Part shown: positions 47,451-61,500 of the stretch, one piece after another
Position numbering within the stretch: position 1 is the first letter of the stretch
Layout of the letters: every line of letters starts with the position of its first letter
Origin: Heterodontus francisci
Lineage: Eukaryota
NCBI RefSeq assembly: GCF_036365525.1
Contig: NC_090387.1
Location: 76,941,300 to 77,005,299 of the forward strand
DNA length: 64,000 nucleotides
Reading direction: 5' to 3'
Translations under genes and position numbers: made by a program
Notes under the pieces: generated by a model
Database searches by the model: none
Told to the model about the DNA's origin: nothing
What the model saw: the letters and a program-made list of their open reading frames with translations, nothing else

Positions 47451-49120
47451 AGGGTGTGAGGAATTGTAGTCCAGATAGCCATGGAAGTCATAAAGGCTTA
47501 TAATGAATATTAGTGGACCGCCTACCCCGCCCCCCCCCCCCCCCACCCCCCCAAGAGACGGAAACAGAGAAGTCAAGAAAGGGAAGGGAAGTATCAGCGA
47601 TAGACCATGTAAAGGTGTGAGAAGGTTGAAATTGGAGACAAAGGTGATGTGATTTTCCAGTTCAGGGCAAGAGCAGGAAGTGGCACCGATACAGTTATCA
47701 ATGTACTGGAAAAAGAGGTGAGGGAGATGGTCCGAGTAGGTCGAGAACAAGGAATGTTCAATATATCCCACAAAAAGGCAGGCGTAAATAGGACCCATCC
47801 GGATACCCAATACAACACCATTTATTTTATTTGATTCCTCACATCCTGTTTCCTGTAAAGACTCTGTCTCATTCTTCCAGTTTCTCCATCTCTGACGCAC
47901 CTGTTCTGATGATGTCACCTTCCACAACAGCGCTTCTGACATGTCTTCCTTTTGCCTCAACTGAGGATTTACACGCCCCACCCCACTGTGGATGACATTT
48001 CACGCATTTCTGCCCTCACCCCTTTACCTGCCTCCCAGAACCGCGACAGGGTTCCCCTTGTCCTCACTTTCCACCCCACCAGCCTCCATGTCCAAAGGAT
48101 CATCCTCCACCATTTTTGTCACCTCCAGTGATACCACCACAAAACATATCTTCCCTTCCCCTCCCCTGTCAGCATTTCAAAATGAACGTTTGCTATGCAA
48201 CACCCTGGCCGACTCCTCCATCACCCCGACACCTCATCCCCTGCTCTGGGCACCTTCCCATGCAGTCATAGAAGGTGTAATACCTGCCCTTTTACCTCCT
48301 CTGTCCTCACCATCCAAGGTCCCAAACAGTCCTTCCGGGTGAAGGGGCGTTTTACTTGTGCTTTGTTCAATTTAGTATACCGCATTCGCTGCTCACAATG
48401 CGGTCACCTCTACATTGGGGAGACCAAGCAGAGATTAGGTGACTGCTTTGAGGAACATCTTAGCTCAGTGCAAAAGAATGACGCCGTGCTTCCGGTTGCT
48501 TGTCATTTCAACACACCCTTCTTGTCTCTTGCCCACATTTCTGTTGTTGGCCTGCTGCAGTGTTTCAGTGAACATCAGCACTAGCTTGAGGAACAGCACC
48601 TCATCTTTCGATTTGACATACGACAGCCTTGAGGACTCAACGTTGAGTTCACAATTTCAGAGCAGGATAGGCCTTTTTTATTTTTTTTATATTTTTCATT
48701 TTTAAAAATTATTTTATTTTTATTTAACCGTGTGCCTGTTTGCATGTTTGTGCTTTTGTAGGGGGTTGTTCTTTCTTCTGCCATTAACACTCTTTCTGGA
48801 CTAATGCTTTGTTTTCGACAACCATTAACACTCTCGTTGCGCTTGTCCCATGACATCTGTGTTATTTAATCTCTGCTGCACTTTAACGTATCACATACCT
48901 TTATTTTTGTTGTCTTCACCACCACCACGCACTACCCACATCCCCTCACCTCCCTCCTACCGCCCCCCGCCACAACCTTCACTTGCTTAAACCTTATAAT
49001 TTTCTCACCTTTTCCAGTCCTGATGAAACGTCACAGACCTGAAACGTTAACTCTGCTTCTCTTTCCACAGATGCTGAGTATTTTTGGCACTTTCTGTTTT
49101 TATTTCAGATTCCCTGCATC
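47450..49120 (+). mobile_element. Penelope fragment with 5' inversion (RT piece on minus 47450-47820; GIY-YIG and pseudo-LTR on plus 47830-49120)
   Basis: YRIRCSQCGHLYIGETKQRLGDCFEEH GIY-YIG motif; GIRMGPIYACLFVG RT motif on the opposite strand. Confidence 0.85.
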
Positions 49121-49139
49121 TGAACCAATTTGGTATATG

Positions 49140-50370
49140 TGGTGAAGGCACACTGACAGTCCTGTTGGGGAGGGAGTTCCAGGACTTTGACCCAGCTACA
49201 ATGAACGAACGGTGGTATATTTCTATATGAGGATGGTGTGTGTCTATGAGGGGTGTCTGCAGGTTTTGCTGTTCATATCAGACCGCTGCCTTTGTTTTTC
49301 TGGTTGCCGGAGGGCGCTGGCTTGGAAGGTGCTGTCGAAAGACCGTGGTGAGTTGCTGCACGAGATACTCCGCCATAGTGTGCCTGTGGTGGAGGGAGTA
49401 AATGCTTAAGTTAGTGCACGAGGTGTCAATCAAGTGATCTACTTTGAGATAGAGGGTGTCGATCTTCTTGACTATTGTTGGAACTGCACTCAAACAGGTA
49501 ATTGGCGAGTATTTCATCACACACCTGACATGTGCCTTGTAGATGTTGGACAAGATTTGGGAAGTCAGAGAGTGAGAAATTCGCCACAGAATTCCTAAAT
49601 TCTGATCTGCTCTTGTAGATGTATGTCGCAGTCCAATTACGTTTCTGATCAAAGGTGATGCCAAGGATATTGTCTGTGGGAGATTCAGTGATGGTAATGT
49701 CGTTGAATGTCAAGGGGAGATGGTTAGGCTCTCTCTTGTTGGAGATGGTCATTGTCTGGCACTTGTTTGGCATGAATGTTACTTGCCTCTTATCAGCCCA
49801 AGCTTAAATGTTATCCGGGTCTTTTGCACGCAGGCACAGACTGCTTTGTCATCTGAGGAGTTTTGAATGGAACGGAGCGCTGTGCCATCATTAGCGAACA
49901 TCCCCATTTCAGACTTTATGATAGATGGAAGGTCGTTGATGAAGCAGCTGCAGCTATTTTGGCCTAGGACTGTACCCTGAGGAGCTTATGAAACAATGCC
50001 CTGCGGCTGAAAGGTTTTCCAACCAAGAAATGCAACTACCTGCCTTTGTGTCAGGTATGATTCCATCCAGTGGAAAGTTTTCCCCCTTACTCCAATTGTT
50101 TTCAATTTTAGCAGAGCTTCATGACGACATTCGCAGTTAAGGGCAGTCACTCTCACCTGAAGAATTAAACTCTGTCGTCTCTGTTTGGACCAAGGCTGCA
50201 ATGATGTCCACAGCCGTGTGGTCCTGGCGGAACCCAAGCTGAGCATCACTGAGCAGGTTATTGGAAAGTAAATGTTGTTTGATGGCATTGTCGACGACAT
50301 TTTCCATTATTTTACTGATGAATGACAGTAGATTGGTAGGACGGTAATTGTCCAGGTCGGATTTATCCCG
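49140..50370 (-). mobile_element. Second degraded copy of the CR1/L2-group LINE
   Basis: MPNKCQTMTISNKRE...NILGITFDQK and IYKAHVRCVMKYSP; similar to 45770-46930. Confidence 0.75.
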
Positions 50371-52229
50371 CTAAATTAGCTAATATTTGTGTGAAAATAG
50401 CACGGGGGAATATTTGCTGTGAATGTTTAAGATTCCTAACCCAATGATGTGCAGCATAATTTCAAGGGTCTTCTCAAGTGTCTGTAAAATGGTTGGATCT
50501 GTGGTTCTGCTGTGTGACAGCAGCTTTGGAACTCGGAACGGGTTGGCCTAAAATTTCTCCCGTTCCTACTTTAGCGGATGCACAAAGCCATTTAAACAAA
50601 TGAAGAAACCACTCTGCTAAATGAGGGAAGAGACAAGTTGAGGATGATAATTAAATTGTTCTCGCTGAGTAACCTCAAGACCTATTTCTACACATAATAT
50701 TTATGGATGAGGTTGACTTGAAGCACGGTTTTGTTCTGTTTCTGATAGTTTTACGTGGCAGAAATTAACCGAACACCTGATAAAACAATAAACCCGGCCA
50801 CACTCAAACGGAGAGCTATGGTTCATAATTCTTACCCAAACACTGTCTAATTCTCTGGACCATATCTGAATCAGCGATGAAGGCAAATCAAGCAGTTCTT
50901 ACCCTAACTACTTTTTCAAATCAAGACTGCATATGTTGTCGCCTACACGTCTGAACGCACATATATTCACTTCAGTCATATATAATGGAAACAGTGGATT
51001 CTCAATTTCACTGCCAATTGAAACATTTCTTGCTTCCACCGTCGATATTGTTTTTAATTCTGCTGTACTTTTATCATCTAGAGAGGTGATAAAGAGGCAA
51101 GAAATATCGTCTTATGAAAGAAAAATTAATCAACGTGGATTCGCATTCTTATCTTTATCCACTGCTAGAAAGTACACCTGAGAAGATACCGTGAGGGAAC
51201 AGTATGGATTTCATCTATGTTGACCCTCACAATCGAAAAGCCTACAGTCACAATAGACTAGTTGGATGAGCATATAGAGGGAGAACAGCAGCCGTGCAGT
51301 TATAACCTATCCTAAGACAATAGCTTCGGGAAAGCACGGGTGGGCACTGAAGGGATAAATGTCAGAAGCAAATCTTGGAAGACCACGAGTAACATATTTA
51401 AATATCTTATGTGTGATGGAGTGAAAAGACTGCGGCAGGAAACTTAATTGTTTACTGTTTGGTCAGTCCATACTAGAAAATGCGGCTCAAAATGATATAA
51501 TGCCAAACAGCAATTATCATTGACAGACTGTACTGCATTATCCATTACGCAACCTTTCAATTAAGTATCTTCCGGTTAAGTAACTAAATAAAGAGTAGGT
51601 GTGTAAATAGGTTGGAAAGGTTTCTTTTTTTACTTATTTCATTGTACAGTCAAGATTCTATCTTACCTGGCATAGACATCCCTCAACGAAAAGGACCAGC
51701 TTGAACTACTTCATGTCAATCTTAGTGTGACCTTAAAATTGATTGATTGTCTAAAAATAAAGTGCTTGAATATTTAACCCAGCCTGTGAAATAACTTGCA
51801 AAATAACTGGCACAGTCCAATGATACGAAATAGCATACAGCATTTACTCATTCGTTTCGAAAGATCGATCCTGAGAAATGTCGCAGGTCTTAGCTTCATC
51901 TTTGATCCTGGGAATTACGTTTGGTCGGCTTTCCAAATTGCGACTATGACTCTAAACTAAACAAAAATAACTATAAATTAAAAAGTAATCTGTTCGAATA
52001 AATGGAAGTTTATAACAAATCAGTTAAATGGTACAAATAATCTATACCAAAATATAAATGACCACAATAGCAATTCTTTATTCAAACAAAGCAGACTAGT
52101 GTAATCTTTCACTGTTTTCATTGGACCAATAGTTTCTGAGGTCTTCTTTGTTTCGAATGTTGCAAAATAAACAAGCGAACTTGCACAATAATGTGTTAAC
52201 TTTATCTCCTTCAACCTGCTGCAGAGGCA

Positions 52230-55200
52230 GGGCAAATGTTTCGCAATATGATTAAAACGGCAGTGCAGCAGCGATAGGTGTGTTTACCGAACCTTCAATT
52301 TAAATTTCTGCTCAGGAAGCTTAAGTTGCATTGGTGCGTGTCAATATTTATTCGCCCATTCCAACTCACTCCCAAAGTATGAAATACCATGGACTGCCTA
52401 TGGATGCATGTGCCGTATGTCAAATGATAACAATCTCAACAAAAATGAATAGGTGAGCTGGGAGTGGACTGCGGAGGTGCGAGAAACTACTTTCTCAAGA
52501 GGAAACGCACTCAAAGCCTTACCACAGAGATTTGGTGACTGACAGAAGACTAATCTGCTATTTTCTCTGGAAGAATTGCAATGGGTACGGCTATGTAATG
52601 TTTATGTTATTGGACGCAGTCCAACAAATGCGAGATGAGATCTCAATATGGCAGTTTGAGAATTTGAATTCAATTTAAAAACAAAAAGCCAGCAAATTTT
52701 TTTTAAAACTATGATTTGCGAAAAAAACAGTTTGAGGTATGTCAATTTATGGATGAAGATAGGTGGTATCAGTAAACCTGACCACGAAGCTGCTGTATTG
52801 TTGTAAAACCCTCGCGTTTCACTAATGGACTAACGGTGAACTACCCGTTCACTCCTTTAGGGAAACATCCCCGCCATCTGGCCTATATGCGACCCGTTTC
52901 CCAAACAAATATGGCTGTCTCTGAACTGTCCTGTGATATGGCCGCGCAGCCCGTTCAAGTTGTAACTTCAAAAGGGATAAGCCCAAAATCACTTGCCCAA
53001 TAAAGATTTAAAAAATATACTCTGTAAACCCTGCCAATCAGGTATGTTTAAACTATTTCACCTGTTTTCAAAAATGAAGAAGTCTATTTAAAACAATATT
53101 GCTTACCTCCTGCCGCTTTCTCTTTTGCTCTGGGAAGTGAATCAGAAAAGCGTTCACTGGTAGCATTAGTCCTTCTGTATAATTCGCTCTCATCTAACTG
53201 ATCATTCTGTATGCGTCTGTCCTAATGGTGAGTCGGCATAGCACATGTCAATGGAGCCAGAATGGAATAGTAGGATACATTCACACGTGCACACACATTG
53301 TAGGACGTGTCACGAGTACAAAGTAGACACGGGTGAGAAAAAGAATTTGGGTCGTGCAACTTGAAAGGCGCTGCAGGTTCAGAACAGTTCTGAAATTGTT
53401 CATTTTTTTTATCTGCACTACTCTAACTGGAAGTCTCTTTTACATGTTGATCACTCTTGTGTGAAAATATATCTCAGGGATATCAGTGTTAAAATTACCT
53501 TCTCCTCGTTTGCACTGGCGTTGACTTGTCTTACAATCTCTACTTAGCTGAATTGACCTTTGCCATACTATTTTAAGCATGAAGCCTTGGTTTAGTTACA
53601 TGTTTCACATTTGGATGGCGACCAAGCCTAATTGATTATTATTCTATCTGGCGCTGAGGCACTGAGCACAATCGTGTTATTGCTCCATTTATTGTCGCTG
53701 ATGGCACCTAATACAGGAGACTCCAAGGATAAGAGCTTAAGCAGAACAAGCGAATCGGACATGCTAAGCAACTACACAATCTGCAAGAATGCAGATATAT
53801 GGTGAATAGATTTAATAGTAGCATGAATATTCACTGAACGGATACATGTAAAAGAAACTCATGCGGGGGTATTTGAGCAGAAGGCAGTACCAATGGGATC
53901 TCAGCTGCTATAGTAGACGCTGCAATCATTTAGAAGAAACAAGGTTAGTGCCTGAGAATTCAATTGGATCTTGGCGCTATGATCAAGCCACAGGATGAGG
54001 GAATTTTTAAAAATAACGTTCACAACAAGGCACGGTGAGTTGTTCCCCTTCCAGTCTTTCCTTCTTATTTGTTACTTTCAACGCTCATATCATATAAGAC
54101 CATAAGTTTAATAAGGATGAGGTGGGCCAGTCGGTTCATCCGACAGTACACCATCACAACTGAAGCCCAGCATTTTATTACATTTACGCAACCATAGATC
54201 AAGCAAACAGGCTCCTCTTATTTACACCGGAATTCGAGTCGCTGGATTGTGACATAAATATTTAATCTTATTAACAGAACGAACTCGATTGGTTAGCATG
54301 ATGGTGCATTTGCATTCAATGCACAGGCTGGAGATTTTGCTTTACACTAGCCAGGGTCTGCTGTAGGAATTTGCGGAAAGGAGTCCACCAGGAAAACCAA
54401 CGGCGCTTTACCATTCCAGAAACAACCTCTTAATTTCCTCTGTGCTTACGCCCAGAGATAAGCGCAATCTTGAACGCAACCAAGTTATAGAATCATAAAC
54501 ATCGCTCATATTTGGCTTAAGTGTGATGCATGTGTGAGCCAACTGTGCAACAGCCCCAACAAACAAATTTCTCTGCAGCACCTGTGGAAGAGCCTGTCAC
54601 TCCAGAATTGGCCTTTATAGCCACTCCAGGCGCTGCTTCACAAACCACTGACCACCTCCAGGCGCGTATCCATTGTCTCTCGAGATAAGGAGGCCCAAAA
54701 GAAAGAAATGTATAACTACAATTTGTGGAAGTATCCTAGACCTTATAAGAGGCTGCATTAATCACTGAGCATGCCCGAATTTCCCCCACAATACTGGCCA
54801 AGCCCCCACCTCTCATACAAGAGTCTCTTTCAGAATCCAATTAGGATCTCTGCAGAAATAAAGAGCATTGTCTACTTTTACCTAATATTTAGGATATCAC
54901 TAACATGTGATAACCAGAAAGAAACGTATCCTATTCCCCCAGGTTTACTCATCAAACTAATAATCATTCAAAGTAAATTGGCTGTAGCACTGGTTTAAGA
55001 TGCATGTTTCAGTAAGGAACAGAAGAGGAATTAGTTTCGGCAAAAATGTGCCTCTCCCTATGCTTTCAGTTACGATTCACCGAGTTCCGATTACAGTCTC
55101 TGCTGGCAATTATTTGAGTCATCTGATCTACTAAAAGAAATAAAATCCGTTGAAATTGCACAATTAGATACGTAATACTACACGTCACTCTAGATCACGT

Positions 55201-56750
55201 GCAAACCCCGGGGTTCGAAAGCCCACGAGCTTGGTGATTCCTTGCAGCATACGCCAAGTGTGTCGCTCAGAATGGCGGTGAATCCTTGGTGTTGCACATA
55301 TTTTTGTTGGGTATTTTTTACAGAGATGTTTGTGTTTATCTTACAGCTCCATACTATGGAAAACATCTACTGTTAAAAAAAATCTCTTTTTTGAACATTT
55401 TTTTTCATTGTGTCGTTAATTCTTTTAATTTTCTTTATTTTTAATATCTAAGTTCTAATATGTGTTCTTGTTCTATAAAGTATACACATTACATCAGCAT
55501 TCTTATTTATTTTCTGGTAGTCGTTGAAGTGATTTCAAGCAAAGTGGATCGATGTCCTAAACACTTGAGGGTTGCCAGTGGTGCAAATTTTTCCAACTTC
55601 TGCACCCAATCTTTATTGGAGATTCGACGAGGAAAGGTTTCTAGAGCCAGACATCAGAAAGTGCGTTAATGTGTAAAAGGGACGTCTTCACTTTACGTTC
55701 TGAATGCGAGTGCTGCCGGCATTACTGGAGTGCATTACTGTAAAGTAAAACATCATCAAAAATCTATTGAGATGGAACTAGCTTCCAGATTCTGTGTACG
55801 GTAAGTGTCATTGCAATGGGGAGTGGGAGATTTACAGCTGTGGGCAACATATGTAATCTGATCTTTAATCGCTTTTAAACGAAAACTGGTGATAGCAAAT
55901 TTGTTCTACACATATCAGGGTTTTCTTTTCCATTGACCCTGGAGTACAACGGCTGCCGATTCGCTATCGCCCATTTTGCGCTACTACCCAAAATCAATTT
56001 CACTCGATTCACTAGTCTCACGACATTCCAACGTGTATTTGATTCAGCGAATGCGTTTTGAAGTTCAGTTACAATTATTTTGGAGGCAAGATACCGAATT
56101 AGTATAAACGTTTAAAGCTTGGCTTGGAATTAATAAATGGGATTAGGTGGCCAAGTAGTTTCTCACCAAAATACCAGTGCTAAAGGGCGACAATCGACAG
56201 AATTTAACATCTCCTTGGACAGGGGCTAAATGACCTACTCTTGTTCCTATGCCCACAGTATATGTTTCATACTTGTGCCAATAATAACGTTTTTGAGACG
56301 CTAAACTCATTTCACAAAAGGTTTGCTGTAACCTATCGAGAGGGGATGTATTGATCTTACTTCAATGCTGGATTCCACCCAAGTCCTAGGAGGGAAGGTA
56401 CTCAATTATCCTGTTTGAAGCTCTGCTGTATGCCAATTCGACTTTTTTATACACTCACAACCCGTTAAGTACTGGCAGGATTTCACCGAAGCATTCTATA
56501 AACGCCTGGGCTCACATATTTGTAATTTACGATTCTCATTTACAATCCACCAACCCGCCGCGGAAGTTGCCGCAAGAGATCAAGTGAACATAGCCTCCCA
56601 CCTCCTCTGCGAAAATCCTGCCGCATTTCAAATTCTGCCGAATATAGTAGATACGTGGAAAAAGAATGTAAGAATACTGAGCTTTGTTGGACAACCACAC
56701 AATAAAGGCTAACATAATGTCCAACTTAATAGGCCACAGATTTAACAATT
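52230..56750 (+). repeat. Inverted segmental duplicate of the gene B upstream region, leader, V exon and part of intron 2 (about 33350 to 28500)
   Basis: Collinear diverged matches, e.g. 52231-52350 to the reverse complement of 33230-33350, 53220-53260 to 32300-32335, and 55180-55215 to 30385-30420. Confidence 0.85.
55272..55800 (+). pseudogene. Gene C: leader plus VJ pseudogene, no C1 or TM exon found
   Basis: Leader (55272 to about 55325) has a 1-nt deletion and a GT>AT donor loss; V exon 55521-55800 is 280 nt versus 303-306, with an internal deletion and frameshifts; homology stops inside intron 2. Confidence 0.88.
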
Positions 56751-56829
56751 TGCGATTACTACAAAGACCGGGAAGTAAAACTTAAGAAAATATTGTCAGG
56801 AGATTGTAATAAACTGACTAAACAATGTA

Positions 56830-57313
56830 ATGCTTTTAGTGAAAGAAAGGCCCAAGCCCAATACAAACTAAATGGTACAATTTTAAAGAAAATGAGATCA
56901 GAGAGACCTGGAGGTGTGTATACACGCATTTTTGAATGTGACGGTACAAAGAAGAAGGCGATGGGGGAAAAAAAGCAGATCGGATCCTTGGCTTTATTAA
57001 ATGAACCATAGAACACCAGGCAATGAGGTTATGCCAAACCTTTAAGCATTGGCTAGGCCTCAGCGGGAGCATTTTCTGGGTACAGCGCTTTAGGAAGTTT
57101 GTCGAGGACATAGGGCGCAGAAGAGATTTACTAGATTGGTACCAGGGTTGAGGGACTTCAGTTATGTGGAGAGACTGAAGAAGCTGGGGTTGATCTCTTT
57201 AAAGTCGATTAGGTTAAGAGGAGATTTGATAGATCAGCAGAAATTGTTAACAGTGGCAGAAGGGTCTGTAATGGGAGAACAGAGATTTAAGGTGATTGGC
57301 AAACGAACCAGAG
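56830..57313 (+). mobile_element. CR1 3' fragment
   Basis: VPGLRDFSYVERLKKLGLISL...RLRGDLI. Confidence 0.75.
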
Positions 57314-57327
57314 GCTTCTGATATTTA

Positions 57328-57534
57328 ATATAAAATAAAAACAAGAAATGCTGGAACCACTCAGCAGGTCTGGCAGCATCTGTGGAAAGAGAAGCAGAGT
57401 TAACGTTTCGGGTGACCTGAAACGTTAACTCTGCTTCTCTTTCCACAGATGCTGCCAGACCTGCTGAGTGGTTCCAGCATTTCTTGTTCTTATTTCAGAT
57501 TTCCAGCATCCGCAGTATTTTGCTTTTATTTTAT
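57328..57534. mobile_element. Palindromic Penelope pseudo-LTR insertion with 14-bp TSD
   Basis: Near-perfect arms of about 80 bp centred near 57413; GCTTCTGATATTTA at 57314-57327 and 57535-57548. Confidence 0.88.
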
Positions 57535-58475
57535 GCTTCTGATATTTATACTGGAAGTGGAATTACAGCCTAACCCGGTCCTGTTGTTACTAAAGCTTCG
57601 TACAACTCAACTGGACAGCAGTCAGGTGCAAGACTGCTGTACGATTTTCGCCTCCCGATTCAGATCCACGAACACTGCACAGAGCATATTTGGAAATTGG
57701 AACCTACAACAAGCTGAACAAGGGTCTCACTTCCCTTGAAATCTTCTTTCACTTTGCAATCAGATAAATGTGGGTCGTTCTAGTTAGCTTCTCCCGTAGT
57801 TGCATCTGCTGGTATCATCAAACGCAGTATCTTGAATATTCCTTGTTGTATTTCAAGCCTGCTGCCCTAATATCTGTAACATTGAACCATCTGGATATCG
57901 GTCCAAAATTTAATCTCTGGCTTGAGTGAACTCAATTATCCCCAATAGCTCTGTGCTGGGGAAAGGAAGATGAGTAGGGCTATTAATCCTAATTGCTTTT
58001 TCTGTGATTTTTCGTGAAGACTGGGCACATGGAGGCTGGGTGAAGTCAGGATTGCACTCAGCTCTGAGCGTCCAGCACGAAGTATTTGCCTACCATCACT
58101 CCCGCATGAAGAATCCCTTAGATGAGTTGTTGAAGGGTTGCCCGCCTCTGCGGCCTGAATCGTCATTCTCAGGATTGAACATGGATGAAAGGTAGGTGTT
58201 GACAAAGAATATTATTGGAAAGAAGTGCCGGGAGGGGCTGGAAAATAATTTCTCTTCAAATGGAAACTTCTCAGTTGGTATTTAGAGGTACCTCCTACTT
58301 CGTAGACTCCCACGCAGAAGTATAACCGGACCCAATACGCAGCTTTATGTCGTGTGATACCTCATGTCATGGTCACACGCTTCATATATTTATCTATGAA
58401 ATTAATTTCTTACCCAAACTTTTCAGTGCAGTATTGTCATTTGCAGCAAGTGACCAAGAACTTTCTATTTGCAAG

Positions 58476-58530
58476 ATGTCGGTGAGAGCTACAGTTCAGT
58501 GCATGGTTGTTCTCGGCATGGTTTGGCCAG
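58476..58530 (+). CDS. Gene D leader exon (MSVRATVQCMVVLGMVWP)
   Basis: ATG in AAGATGT context, hydrophobic core, donor CCAG|gtatta. Confidence 0.75.
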
Positions 58531-61500
58531 GTATTATACTTGTTATATGCTGCCATTTCAGAATACTTAAGTCCTAGTTTAGAAGATTGTACAACTTTTA
58601 TACAGTTCAAAATTAAAAATTGCACTTCAACAATTCCATTACTGGTGCTTCTTAATTGTTCTTATATTATGTTTCTCTTAGTTATTTTTCATTATCTGAT
58701 GTATGCAACTGTAACCACCGTTCTTGTTTTTTTCCCCCTAATAGCCGCTAAAGTAACTTCGAACAAAGTGGATCAGTTCCCTAAATTCTTGAAGGTTGTC
58801 AGAGGTGCGAGTGTTTCCATGCGCTGTACATTTCCGCTATTTCAAGATACTCCCGATGTTTATTGGTGGAAACGCGGCGAGGAATCGTTTCTGGAACCAG
58901 ACAGCAGAAAGCGATTTAATGTAAAAAAAGGAAGTAGTTCATTTGGTGTTCTGAATGCGAGTGTTGCAGACTCCGGAATGTATTACTGTAAAGTAAAACA
59001 TCAAGAATCTATTGGAGATGGAAGTGGCTCTCAGCTTACTGTGTACGGTAAGTATCACTGTAGCGGGACTAGAAGATTCTCAGCTGCGTGCGATATATGT
59101 AATTTGTTCTTTTATCACTGGACGAAAACCTACAGGTAGCGAATTCGTTTTAACCATCTCCGAATTTTCATTTCCATTGACCCCGGTGTAAAACGGCCGG
59201 TTATTCGCTATCGCCCGTTTTGCACTACTGCACAAGACCAATTTCACTCAGTCGTTGGCCTCATAACATTCCTAAGTTATTTTCATCGAATGCACGCTTT
59301 TGAAGTGCACTTACAATTGTTCGTTGAGTCAAGATACTTAAAAAGTATAACTGTTTAAACCTTAGTTTGAAATTAGTCAATGAGGTACGATGGCCAGGTT
59401 CCTTCTCACCAAAATAACTGTGTCAAGGTGGACAATGGTAATAATTTAAACACCTCCTAGGTCAAGCCTTTTATTCAACATTAAAGACCATATACCCTGG
59501 TGCTTTGATTATAAACTCAGATGAACACTTTCTTACTACAGCCCTGAATATTTCACACACTAGCTAATTTTCCGCCTCACTGTTTGAAATTACAAATCTA
59601 ATACTTTCTGTAACGAATTGCCAGAAATTTCAGGTGGGTAGATTTTTGTTTTGAATGGGTATGAAGGGAATGGAATTAAGTGGGACAAATGGAGTTGAGG
59701 AACAGAATCTAAATGAATGGCAGAGCAAGCTCGAGGGACTGAATGGTCTACTCCTGATCCTATTTCAGCAATTTATGCTGTGCACTTGTGTCCATCGATA
59801 ACTTACTTGAGATACCAAACTCTTTTCATAAATGAAGCCTAAAACCCATTGGAAGGGGAAGCGTTGATCTTGCCTTCAATGCTGGATTCCACCTCAAGTC
59901 CTCTAGCTTGCAGGACAGTGAAGGTACCCAATTCCGGTGTTTGAACCTCTGTTCTACGCCAATTGTACTTTCTTGTATACACTCACAACCCGCCAAGTAT
60001 TGGCAGGATATCACAGAATATCTCTATAAACGCCTGGGCTCCCATATTTGTAATTCATGATTTCCATTTACAATCCTCCACAGCCGGGGGAAGTTACAGC
60101 AAGATATCAAGAGAACACAGCCCTCCATTTTCTCCACGGAAATCCTGCCACATTATGTATTATAACTAAAGCAGATCCATGGTTGTAAATGCAGGAATTC
60201 TGAGCCTTTGTTGAGCTGTCCACACGGTGCTTAAGGGAATAAACTCAGCATAATGTTGTCAGTTAATAACGTCCTTAATTTAATATTTTGCTATTACTGT
60301 AACGTCGGAAAAGTCAACGTGGAAAGAAAAAAAATGCAAAGGAGATTGTTTGTAATAAACTGGCAAAACAATGCAAACCTATTAGAGGGCTTTTACTTCC
60401 AGTTAAATAGTGACTGTATATCGAACGGACATAGGTTCGGCATTAGTAAATAGTAGACGTAGGAATGATATAAGCACAACCTCCTCCAGGCAAAAAGTGT
60501 TCAACAGAACGAATGGACCCGGGGAAGGGCAAAATCCCTGAAATTATGTAAGACATGCATTTTGTGTTAGGATTCCCCATTCTGTTTCCCTTAGGTGTAC
60601 AGCTGTTGTGATATTCACAAAGATATAAAATTACCAGTAAAACCCTTTCACGACGTGAAAACGAGTCCAGTCCTTAGATCCCCCTCTGCAGAAAATTCCT
60701 TAGGTGAAAGCTGAAATCTCCCCCACGGACACTTGAAATGTTGTATAATCAATTGTAATGCACGAATTCTAATCTCTATATATAACAATATCCTGTCATA
60801 AACATGGATATTTGAAAATGAAACATGGAAAATTAGAATGTGCTCCTTTAAATTAAAAACATTTTTCCTCTCTCTCCATTAAAGTTCCCCCGACCCCCCT
60901 GAAAATCGTTCCGATTGAAAGAATTTCAGCGACTACTCTGAAACTTGAGTGTAAAACGGCTGCCTTTTACCCGGAGCATTTAGGAATTTCCTGGTTAAGA
61001 GATGGTGTCGAAATTCTGAGCGGAATAGAAACTGTGAAAAACAAGAGCGCGGAGGGACTTTATGAGGTTTCCAGTTTTTTGGAAGAAGTCCAAACAGCCC
61101 CGGAAAAAGTTGTTTACACCTGTCTGGCATCTCATATCTCTCTTCTGGTACCTGCCAGTGTCAGCTATATCGTCAATCAAGGTACGATTGGGGCAGATTC
61201 TGTGTGGAACTTTAGCGACCATCTTTCAAAGTTCTGATGAAAGGTCGCAGAGCTGAAATGTTAACTCTGCTTCTCTCTCCACAGATGCTGCTTGACCTGC
61301 TTAGTATTTCCAACATTTTCTGTTTTTATTTTATCTTTCAAGGGTATCTCCTCGATGATCCGGATTTCTTTCAACATTATTAAACTGTTCCTGCTCGATC
61401 CATGCATCGACGCCATCAGCACATCTCGGCCTATTAGTAGAAGTGACATCTTCATAAAGTTAATCAATAGACTAGAGAGCATTGAATCGAAAATGAACCG

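Noticed and set aside
51661-51675. CTTACCTGGCA resembling the U1 snRNA 5' end
   Set aside because: Only about 11 nt match and no U1 body follows.
58507-59139. 210-aa ORF with a long hydrophobic N-terminus
   Set aside because: Read-through of intron 1 into the gene D V exon; the spliced model fits better. The same applies to the intronic extensions of ORFs 8473-8886, 10127-10714 and 29707-30066.
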